15,518 nucleotides of DNA from Pseudomonadota bacterium. GTDB lineage: Bacteria; Bdellovibrionota_B; Oligoflexia; Oligoflexales; CAIYRB01. A model generated the notes under the pieces. It had not been told where the DNA came from. It did no database searches and worked only from the letters and a program-made list of their open reading frames with translations. Shown one piece after another: positions 7,323 through 14,017 of the stretch (position 1 is its first letter; every line of letters begins with the position of its first letter). The stretch is from the NCBI GenBank assembly GCA_031416315.1, contig JANOTL010000081.1, forward strand, positions 1 to 15,518. Reading direction: 5' to 3'. Position numbers and translations under genes: made by a program.

Positions 7323-9311
7323 TCAAAGAGCCCGTTCAATATCAACACTGAGGGCGACGCCGTCGAGCGGCGCCCGCACGGAGCAACTGCCTCCTGTGCA
7401 TACCAGACCGCCCGGCTCGCGTCCGACTGCCAGAGAGAGCTGTATGCCGCCAGTTGCGAGACCGATTTCGCCGGAGCTCATAGCCCGGGCATCGATCTCT
7501 GAGACGTTGACGTAGTGCCCGCTCTGGCGCACGTGCGACGCGGCCGTGGTGAAGCGCATGTCGGTCGACCACCGTGTGAGCGTCGGTACGGCGGCATCGA
7601 GCCGAAGCTTGGTACGTCGCCCGTCTTCGGCGAGCCTACCGCTCTCGAGGGGCGCGGTATCGTGCCTCTGCATCATGACGAGACCGTGCAGGCCATGGGT
7701 GAGCTCACCGCCGACGGACACAGCGCCTTCCGTATGGCGTTGACGGAGCGTGGCTGTAGTCCCACGCTGCTGGCCCACGACGGCATCGACGTCTTTGCGC
7801 GTCCATCGCGCGAGCACGGTCGACTGTCGGTCGACAACCGCGTAGCCGTCCAGCTCGAGCGCAAGATCGCGCACCACTGCGACTTTGGCGATGCCCGCGT
7901 TACCGAGCGCGAGCGTGGGCGTGAGTCTCGCGGCGAAACGGGTATCGGAGGCGAGCGGCTGGAACGGGAATTCGGTCAGCTCCGACAATGAGGCTCGTGG
8001 CGGCAGGTGCCAGGTGCGCTGGGCGTTAGCCGTTAGACGGAACGGACCGCCGATCGGAGCCTGCGCGGCAAGGCTTCCGACGTGCGGTGGGAGCTCTCCG
8101 GTATCAGCGTTCGCCTCAGGTAGATAGCGAACGAACTGTGCTGTGGCGCCACGAACCGAGTCACCGACGCCGAGGTGCGCACCGTAACGCCGGTCACGGT
8201 AAGTCTCGGGAACGCCGACCGAGACGTCGCGCGCCTTCTCAAATGCGGCAACTCCGAGGCCGCCGTAGACTGCTGTGGATCCCGTGATGCGTGTGAAGGC
8301 GGCGGCGACCCGTTCCCGAGGCCGCTTCACGGAAAGATCGTGGCGGGCGTCCAGCTCGTACGGATAAATCCGGTCTCGCACCGTGCCGGCAAGCACGCTG
8401 GCCGAGTAGCCTTTCCGATCGATGCCAAAGTGGGCCCCCATGACGCTCGCGGCCGAGTTCGTCTCAGGCCTCCGGGCAGCATCCACGAGCGCGCCGCTGA
8501 GGATCGCAATGCTTTCGTCGCCGAGCCGTGCGCGGAGCATCGGATTGGGTGCGCGCCACTCGACGTAGGAAAATCCCACCTCATCCTCAGGTCGAGTCCA
8601 GCCCTCGTTCCAGTCGTGCGAGTCGTCGTCGGCGCGGTCACGTCGCTGTCGCAGGGCATCGTGCGACAAAGCGGCGGTCCACTCGCTCTTGTGCCATGTG
8701 ACGCCAACTGTATTTGCGGCGGCGGCAGCTGCGCGCGAACCGGTAGCCGAGCGTTGTGTCCGCACGGTCGACGTGTTCGAAATCGTCCACGGTCCCGAGC
8801 TCGCCGCCACTGGTCTTTTGCCGATCGACTCGAGCCGGTCGAGGACCGCGTCATCGACCACCTCAAGCCGCTCCATAAGCTGCCCTTCGTGACTAAAGAG
8901 CAGCGTGAGCGGTAGCTGTCCCGACGCCTGCGTCTGGTAGAAAATGGCGCCAGCAGGATCTCTGAGACTCGCATAGGGCCAACTGACATCGGCGAGAATG
9001 CCGCTTGCCGTTGGCCATGCAGGATCCTCGTCGATGCTGATCGCGACGACGTCAAGATCGACGAAACGGCCCTGGCGCACGGCCAGGCGCGCGAGCTCGT
9101 CGCGGCATGGCACGCACCAGCTTGCCCAAAATGTGACGAGAGCCGCCCGTTTGGTGACGACGGCTGACAGGGGTGTCGGTAGACCTTGCGCATCGGTGAA
9201 CCGCGCGTGCCAAACGCTCGCAGCCGTCATCGCGCTTGCAGGCCTGGCGATTGAGGTCGCGAGTGCGCAGAAAGTTAGGGCTAGCGGCAGTGCTTTGGTA
9301 AGGGCCTTCAC
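7323..9311 (-). CDS. Exported TlpA-like thioredoxin domain fused to a probable outer-membrane beta-barrel (DUF6029-like C-terminus)
   Basis: Signal peptide ending ASA; VTFWASWCVPC, AISID and LPLTLL form a TlpA/AhpC-TSA fold; then about 490 aa of alternating amphipathic strands ending GGLVCTGGSCSVRAPLDGVALSVDIERAL. Confidence 0.75.
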   Translation of the reverse strand: MKALTKALPLALTFCALATSIARPASAMTAASVWHARFTDAQGLPTPLSAVVTKRAALVTFWASWCVPCRDELARLAVRQGRFVDLDVVAISIDEDPAWPTASGILADVSWPYASLRDPAGAIFYQTQASGQLPLTLLFSHEGQLMERLEVVDDAVLDRLESIGKRPVAASSGPWTISNTSTVRTQRSATGSRAAAAAANTVGVTWHKSEWTAALSHDALRQRRDRADDDSHDWNEGWTRPEDEVGFSYVEWRAPNPMLRARLGDESIAILSGALVDAARRPETNSAASVMGAHFGIDRKGYSASVLAGTVRDRIYPYELDARHDLSVKRPRERVAAAFTRITGSTAVYGGLGVAAFEKARDVSVGVPETYRDRRYGAHLGVGDSVRGATAQFVRYLPEANADTGELPPHVGSLAAQAPIGGPFRLTANAQRTWHLPPRASLSELTEFPFQPLASDTRFAARLTPTLALGNAGIAKVAVVRDLALELDGYAVVDRQSTVLARWTRKDVDAVVGQQRGTTATLRQRHTEGAVSVGGELTHGLHGLVMMQRHDTAPLESGRLAEDGRRTKLRLDAAVPTLTRWSTDMRFTTAASHVRQSGHYVNVSEIDARAMSSGEIGLATGGIQLSLAVGREPGGLVCTGGSCSVRAPLDGVALSVDIERAL

Positions 9312-9316
9312 GGCGG

Positions 9317-9333
9317 CCGTTATGGCATAACGG
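9317..9333. promoter_or_regulatory. Perfect 17-bp palindrome just upstream of the thioredoxin operon (putative operator)
   Basis: CCGTTATG-G-CATAACGG, 6-22 bp upstream of the GTG at 9311. Confidence 0.5.
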
Positions 9334-9538
9334 GCTCAATCGAGCTAGTTCTGCGGATCATCGCAAATCTTGTTTAGTTTACGGGGGGTTGTGCCTGGCA
9401 TTGGGTTAGTCGGGGCGGGATGTGGGGGGGTGACAGGCCTTGGACGACCGCGGCGATAGCGTTAAGCAGGGGAGCGGCACGTTCGCGATCTCAGCCGTGC
9501 GCAACAAGTGTCAGGTGCCCAAGCGCGGCGTGGTTCGA

Positions 9539-9570
9539 GATCGAAACCCGTCTAGCGAAGGATTTCGATC
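9539..9570. repeat. Inverted repeat downstream of the PIN gene
   Basis: GATCGAAACCC-N10-GGATTTCGATC (10 of 11 positions pair), about 22 nt past the stop. Confidence 0.4.
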
Positions 9571-9592
9571 CCGGCCCAGTTCTCGAATTCTT

Positions 9593-10171
9593 CTAGATAT
9601 CAAGGGCAGACCGCAGGCGTGCAGCGGACTTGGTGAGCCCTCGATTCGCAGGTGAAGCGAGGATACCGTCCAGCTCAATTGGCGGCGCCTTCAGCCGTTC
9701 TTGCACCTCAACTAACGCGGCACAAACGCGTTCAGTATCGAGGTCAAGGAGACTGAAGACAAAGTCATCTGGGTGAATCGCCGCAACTTCGTAATGCGAA
9801 AGCGCAGCAGCCGGAAAATCCGCGAGGTTGAACGTTACGATTTGCTCGGCCCCAGATACGATTGCCGCCGCCAAGACGTGTCGGTCTTTCGGATCTGGAA
9901 GCAAGAGGGTCGGTACAAGGTCTACGTACTTTGACCGCTCGATCAGCGCGTCTGGGACTGCGCGATCCATCAATGTGCGGACTCGCGAAAGCTTGGATCT
10001 GTCGATTGAGGGATTGCTCGTGGAAACCGCTGCAATCCATTCGTCGTGAATGTCTTCGGTCCATTTCGCGCGGAACAGGTGTTTCGTCGCGAGCGTCAGC
10101 AGCACATCGCGAAGCATGACGGGATACAGCACACATGCATCGTAGACGACGGTGAAATTGCTGCTAGCCAT
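9593..10171 (-). CDS. PIN-domain ribonuclease toxin (PIN_3/VapC-like)
   Basis: VVYDACVLYP, WTEDIHDEW, PDPKDRHVLAAA, IVTFNLADFP and HPDDF motifs with the acidic PIN residues. Confidence 0.9.
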   Translation of the reverse strand: MASSNFTVVYDACVLYPVMLRDVLLTLATKHLFRAKWTEDIHDEWIAAVSTSNPSIDRSKLSRVRTLMDRAVPDALIERSKYVDLVPTLLLPDPKDRHVLAAAIVSGAEQIVTFNLADFPAAALSHYEVAAIHPDDFVFSLLDLDTERVCAALVEVQERLKAPPIELDGILASPANRGLTKSAARLRSALDI

Positions 10172-10177
10172 CGGATG

Positions 10178-10642
10178 TCAATCGTAGTCGAGTTTCAGAT
10201 CTTGAGACAGCGCTGCGAGCTCTTCGAAGGCTCGCTTGCTCTCCAAATCACTCGCCTGCTTGTAGGTCATCAGGTCGGAAAATTTGATACGCCTGTGCGA
10301 GCCCACTTTCCGAAACGGAATCTTTCCGGTTTCGAGGAGCGAGATCACGTGGGGGCGCGACACGTTAAGATAGTCTGCGGCTTCCTGAGTCGTGAATTCC
10401 TTGTTCAGAGGAATCAACGTAATCGAATTTCCCTTTGCCGCTTCCGAAAGCACGGCGAAAAACAACTCCAGGACACCGGGAGGGACCGAGATGCTTCGCT
10501 TCAGCTTTTCGAACCTAAGTTCGAAATTATTAGATGATAGATGCATTTGATCGCGTAACGGCGATAACGCCTCCAGCGCTTCGCGCGAGGTTTTCACGTC
10601 TTCTTGAGTCGGTATGTAGGCATCTTGGAGTTGTGCGGACAT
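10178..10642 (-). CDS. Excisionase-family (HTH_17) DNA-binding protein, probable antitoxin of the PIN toxin
   Basis: FTTQEAADYLNVSRPHVISLLETGKIPFRKVGSHRRI motif and acidic C-terminal helix; AGGAGG RBS before ATG 10642; stop is 6 bp before the PIN start. Confidence 0.88.
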   Translation of the reverse strand: MSAQLQDAYIPTQEDVKTSREALEALSPLRDQMHLSSNNFELRFEKLKRSISVPPGVLELFFAVLSEAAKGNSITLIPLNKEFTTQEAADYLNVSRPHVISLLETGKIPFRKVGSHRRIKFSDLMTYKQASDLESKRAFEELAALSQDLKLDYD

Positions 10643-10671
10643 AGGTCCTCCTGTCGGCGACCGTAGCACAT

Positions 10672-10706
10672 ATTCGAAACTAACGAAACATTCGAAACAA
10701 ACGAAA
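10672..10706. promoter_or_regulatory. Four CGAAA(C) direct repeats with a 9-bp period (putative autoregulatory operator)
   Basis: CGAAA at 10675, 10684, 10693 and 10702, equivalent to ATTCGAAACWAACGAAA twice, directly upstream of the HTH_17 gene. Confidence 0.65.
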
Positions 10707-10710
10707 GAGC

Positions 10711-10728
10711 ATCTGCCTTTCGGCAGAT
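10711..10728 (-). terminator. GNRA-tetraloop hairpin downstream of the recombinase gene
   Basis: Minus strand ATCTGCC-GAAA-GGCAGAT followed by gctctttcgtttgttt. Confidence 0.45.
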
Positions 10729-10786
10729 TTGGTCTCGAGCATGAATCCGTTAATTTATCAGCATGTTACAACGCCGGGACTTGGCT

Positions 10787-11851
10787 TCAGCCGGCCAGGT
10801 CAAGGGCGGCGGTAGTTGTCACGTCCCTTTCAACCGGCCGCCGCAAGTAGAGCTCCGTGGTCGTCGCAAAACGGTGTCGCGCATGGCCCTTAAGCGCAAT
10901 CAGCTCGACTTTCGAGTAGTGGCCGAGAAAGTAAATCGAGGCGCGTCGCAGATCTTTGAGAGTCACACCAGGTATTCCGTATCGTCGCCAAAAGGCGATG
11001 CTGCTATCCGGATGACGCGGAAAAAGCAGCTCGAGTCTTTTTCGCTCGTTCAATTTGGGAACGAGCCATTCGGCAGCCTCTTGAAGAAAGCAGGCGACCA
11101 TGCCGAAGCTGGCTCGTTTCGGCTCGCGGAAAATCCCGTCACTACCACGCTGACGATGAATGCGAACAGCGAGCCGATCGTATAGGTCGGACCACCTCTT
11201 GACTCGGCAGCATTCAATCGATGCGGCCGCGCTTCCGGCAACGAAGTCTGCCGGACGCAACGCGAACAGTTCGAACGTTCGCAGCGAAAAGAAATACCCG
11301 ATGACCGCAAGGAGCGCGCATTCCGGTTCTGCCGCCTTCGCAAAGGCGAGAATTTCGTCCGGTGATACGATGCGTTTCAACGGCGTCGGATTCTTTGGGC
11401 GCTGCGGAGAGCGAAGCCGGAGCGGCGTGTCCGTATAGACAATGCCTTCTTCGGTTAAGAATCGGTAGAATGCGCGTAAAGCGGCGACCGCCTTCCGGCA
11501 TGTGAAAGCCGACTGTTTGCGGGTGCCTAGGACGTAGTCTGAAAACTTCAGTGATCGACTTGGCCAGAGGTTTGGATTCTCAAGCTTCGGAGTGCGCTCG
11601 AGGAAGAACGGTAGGGCAAATTTTCGCAATGAGTGTCTATGTTCCCAGACCGTTTTCGGCGCCCGACCTCGGCCCTTCAAGTAATTGCAGTACCGCTTTC
11701 TCACTTGGGGAATTTGCTTTCGGGTTTTTAGCCCGAAGTGCGATGGAAGACTCGTTCGATGCTTTGAGAGGGTCCACCGTTGGTGGACCTTTTCCTTAGG
11801 AACGCGCCTGAAGGTGCGTCCGAAGGTGCGCGATTCGTTTTTGCGTCTCAT
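10787..11851 (-). CDS. Tyrosine recombinase/integrase with a non-canonical KxxR motif; start uncertain
   Basis: Core-binding domain (YLKGRGRAPKTV...ALRAFYRFL), R in SLRTFEL, K in EPKR, LKDLRR, and HARH...TTELY with the catalytic Tyr. The 5' end overlaps the hipA 3' end by 56 bp. Confidence 0.78.
   Translation of the reverse strand: MRRKNESRTFGRTFRRVPKEKVHQRWTLSKHRTSLPSHFGLKTRKQIPQVRKRYCNYLKGRGRAPKTVWEHRHSLRKFALPFFLERTPKLENPNLWPSRSLKFSDYVLGTRKQSAFTCRKAVAALRAFYRFLTEEGIVYTDTPLRLRSPQRPKNPTPLKRIVSPDEILAFAKAAEPECALLAVIGYFFSLRTFELFALRPADFVAGSAAASIECCRVKRWSDLYDRLAVRIHRQRGSDGIFREPKRASFGMVACFLQEAAEWLVPKLNERKRLELLFPRHPDSSIAFWRRYGIPGVTLKDLRRASIYFLGHYSKVELIALKGHARHRFATTTELYLRRPVERDVTTTAALDLAG
11771..11789. 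repeat. GGTCCACC-GTT-GGTGGACC inverted pair, same motif as the att arm at 302-320
   Basis: Perfect 8-bp inverted repeat 6 bp past the hipA stop; 11767-11779 is the reverse complement of 312-324 (CGGTGGACCCTCT). Confidence 0.5.
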
Positions 11852-13070
11852 CGCAGATCTTTTTGTAGGTCTTCTTGGTCGCGGCCGAGATCTCGAGGCT
11901 GGCGACTTTCGGGAGGGCGTCTTCGATACGATCGAAGTTGGTGAGCCATCGCGTGCGCAGAAACGGCTCTTTGACGCCGAATTGCTTTGCTAGGCCATCG
12001 AGGTCCGGTTTGCGGACCTTTGCCCAGGCGTTCGTGCTGCCAAGTTTGAACGCGAAGAGCTGGCTGTACTGCGGGTAAAGGGTCGTAGAGACGATGTCGT
12101 AGAATGGTGCGAGCTCGAGATCGCCGCTTCGCAGCGAGACGAGTGACAGATTCTTGGCATGGCCGTCATTGTTGCCGACGGCAAGGTTGAAGGCGATCCA
12201 GTCCGTGAAGGAAAGGAGCGCGGCAGCGACGTTTGCGGCATTTCCCTTGAGGAGCTGGTAGCAAGCCGCAGCACCTGGTCCGCCGTGCGTCTCGTATTTC
12301 TCTTGGCTCGGCACACCTAGCGCCTGGCAGAAGTCCTGAGCGTGGAGGCGTCGGACGGCGCCGTCGACTTCATCGCGGTCGAACCGCGCGACGACGAGAA
12401 CGGGATGTTTACCGCCGGTCAGAAATGTTGGCGGCACGTCGAAGCCGACGAGCGCCGCAAGCTGCAGGCACAGGAATTCATTGTGCACCGAATCAAGGAG
12501 CTTCTTGCCTGATTGGATCGGTAGTTTGACGATGTGGGTACTTGGCTCGCCCTGTCGGGGGAGATGGATCTTTCCGTGCTCAATCGTGCACGCAAATTTT
12601 GCTTGAGCGCCGGCGAGAGAGAATCGGGGGAGATCATCGTTCGACAAGCCGATCGCAGAATGGAGCGCTTCTCCTTCTTCGATGACCTTGGCGAGCGCTT
12701 GTTCGGTGACCTCGATCGGTTCGGAGCTCGGCGCGGTGCGAGAGGGGTCTTTCTTGGGCGAGATCTCGAATGCCCCTGCGCAGTCCTGTCCAAAGTGTTC
12801 GAGAAAGGCGAGATCGTTTCCCTCGGGAATCCCTGCGAGGCGTTCTACACGGCGGCGCGCTTCGCCTTCCGGGAGGAGATTGTCGAAGAAGGCGGCGACA
12901 TTGCGGCCTCGGTGGGGTTCTTCGCGGACCGGCAGGACGACGCTCAGTGGGAACACGCCGTCTGTCGTGAGCCAGTTGGAAGCGTAAGTAAACGTGTAGA
13001 CGCTGTCGTGATCCTTGGTCAGCGAGCCGACGAGCGCTCCCTCGAATCTGACGTAGAGTGTGGGGGTCAT
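11796..13070 (-). CDS. hipA: HipA-family serine/threonine kinase toxin
   Basis: Couple_hipA N-terminus (FTYASNWL...PLSVVLP...FFDNLLPEG), Gly-rich loop SLAGAQAK, THIVKLP, NEFLC, RFDR, DFCQALG, GNNDGHAKN and LAPFYD. The real start is ATG 13070 (ATGA overlap with hipB), not 13268. Confidence 0.95.
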   Translation of the reverse strand: MTPTLYVRFEGALVGSLTKDHDSVYTFTYASNWLTTDGVFPLSVVLPVREEPHRGRNVAAFFDNLLPEGEARRRVERLAGIPEGNDLAFLEHFGQDCAGAFEISPKKDPSRTAPSSEPIEVTEQALAKVIEEGEALHSAIGLSNDDLPRFSLAGAQAKFACTIEHGKIHLPRQGEPSTHIVKLPIQSGKKLLDSVHNEFLCLQLAALVGFDVPPTFLTGGKHPVLVVARFDRDEVDGAVRRLHAQDFCQALGVPSQEKYETHGGPGAAACYQLLKGNAANVAAALLSFTDWIAFNLAVGNNDGHAKNLSLVSLRSGDLELAPFYDIVSTTLYPQYSQLFAFKLGSTNAWAKVRKPDLDGLAKQFGVKEPFLRTRWLTNFDRIEDALPKVASLEISAATKKTYKKICDETQKRIAHLRTHLQARS

Positions 13071-13330
13071 TTCTTGGATCCAGATTTTGGAGCTGGCCAC
13101 GTGATCTCGAGTCGGCCGCCCAGAATCTCTATGAGGCGGAGCGCCGTTTCGAGTTTTGGGGCGGCTTCGCCGCGCTCGATCTTGCTTAGGCCCTCGACGG
13201 AAAGGGCAGATAGGCCCGCTAGTTCTGTTTGATTGAGCCCTAACTCGTGTCGTCTCTCGCGAATACAAATTACAAAAGACTCAATACTATTAAGATGTTG
13301 TGAAGCACCTGCTTGAGATTTCGACGGCAT
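13067..13330 (-). CDS. hipB: HipB-like Cro/C1 HTH antitoxin
   Basis: IRERRHELGLNQTELAGLSALSVEGLSKIERGEAAPKL HTH_3 domain with a C-terminal W-containing tail; translationally coupled to hipA. Confidence 0.9.
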   Translation of the reverse strand: MPSKSQAGASQHLNSIESFVICIRERRHELGLNQTELAGLSALSVEGLSKIERGEAAPKLETALRLIEILGGRLEITWPAPKSGSKK

Positions 13331-13338
13331 CGAGTCTC

Positions 13339-13454
13339 TCCAACTGCAGTTGGAATTTCCGGGGTGAACTTAACCCTGAATCGCCTGTTCCAACTGTAGT
13401 TGGATTATAGATCGAGATGACGGAATCGGGGCAAATATTCCAACTGAAGTTGGA
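13339..13454. promoter_or_regulatory. Three 16-bp palindromic operators TCCAACTGNAGTTGGA and the hipBA promoter
   Basis: Copies at 13339, 13389 and 13439 (exact 50-bp period); minus-strand TATAAT at 13404-13409 abuts copy 2; TTGCCC lies 19 bp further upstream. Confidence 0.85.
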
Positions 13455-13489
13455 ATAGGCGTTAGTGGCAGAAAGCGGGTGGAGACGTT

Positions 13490-13529
13490 CGCGTTACTAC
13501 CGCGGCTGGCTAGTAACGCGGTCGTTACT
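13490..13529. repeat. CGTTACT motif triplet forming overlapping inverted repeats
   Basis: CGCGTTACTA (13490-13499), 11-nt spacer, TAGTAACGCG (13511-13520), then CGTTACT again at 13523-13529. Confidence 0.55.
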
Positions 13530-13830
13530 CTGCCTGAGCCTGGGCGTCCTTCCTACAAACGGGGATCGAGTGGGCGTTGGCAAGATTGAGACGACCAAGG
13601 GGTCACGCGTTCGACTGAAGTGCTCAGGCGGGCCGCCAAACTCCCGGTCGTAACCGGCATCAGCCCGATGCAACTCGAGGTGCGAGAGGGCGCGCGCAAC
13701 GCGACGGTCTGCGGCTGTGCGTTTGGAAAATAGAATTGGCCGCGGGTGACTGCGAGGGTCCGGCGACGTTCGCGATTTCGGTGGGTTGGAGGCGGCTAAC
13801 CAAGCAGTTATGAGGAGGTTGGTGTCCTCT

Positions 13831-13860
13831 CCAGTCACAACCAGTCACCTCCAGTCACAA
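13831..13860 (+). repeat. Three CCAGTCAC direct repeats with a 10-bp period (Xis/RDF-type sites)
   Basis: CCAGTCACAA CCAGTCACCT CCAGTCACAA, preceded by the IHF-like AACCAAGCAGTTA (13798-13810, one mismatch). Confidence 0.7.
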
Positions 13861-13955
13861 TGTGTCCGCATCCGTCCTCCCTCGCTCCCTCCACGCCGCA
13901 CTCCCGCGGCAATCCCACTACCCAGTTTCTCCGGCCCTACACCGATTTAGTTGCG

Positions 13956-14006
13956 ACCAAAACGACCTCCATGTCGTTTTGGTTCGCCCCAATCACCCGC
14001 TATAGT
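13956..14006 (+). promoter_or_regulatory. Inverted repeat and -10 box upstream of xis-int
   Basis: ACCAAAACGAC-CTCCAT-GTCGTTTTGGT (13956-13983); TATAGT at 14001-14006; GAGG RBS before ATG 14018. Confidence 0.5.
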
Positions 14007-14017
14007 GAGGTCCACGA

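Noticed and set aside
426..11851. Integron with a cassette array
   Set aside because: The cargo is co-oriented, but I found no repeated attC-like sites between modules and the recombinase lacks a recognisable IntI signature.
5223..13232. Long antisense or alternate-frame ORFs (e.g. 6265-6825, 8175-8915, 8327-9193, 12534-13232)
   Set aside because: Shadow ORFs of GC-rich real genes, with no motifs.
13071..13268. 66-aa N-terminal extension of HipA in the ORF track
   Set aside because: It overlaps hipB in another frame and is low-complexity Arg-rich; the HipA domain begins at ATG 13070 with an ATGA overlap.
13339..13454. CRISPR array (three repeats, 34-bp spacers)
   Set aside because: Repeats are only 16 bp with a variable centre, no cas genes are present, and the array sits on the hipB promoter; operators explain it better.
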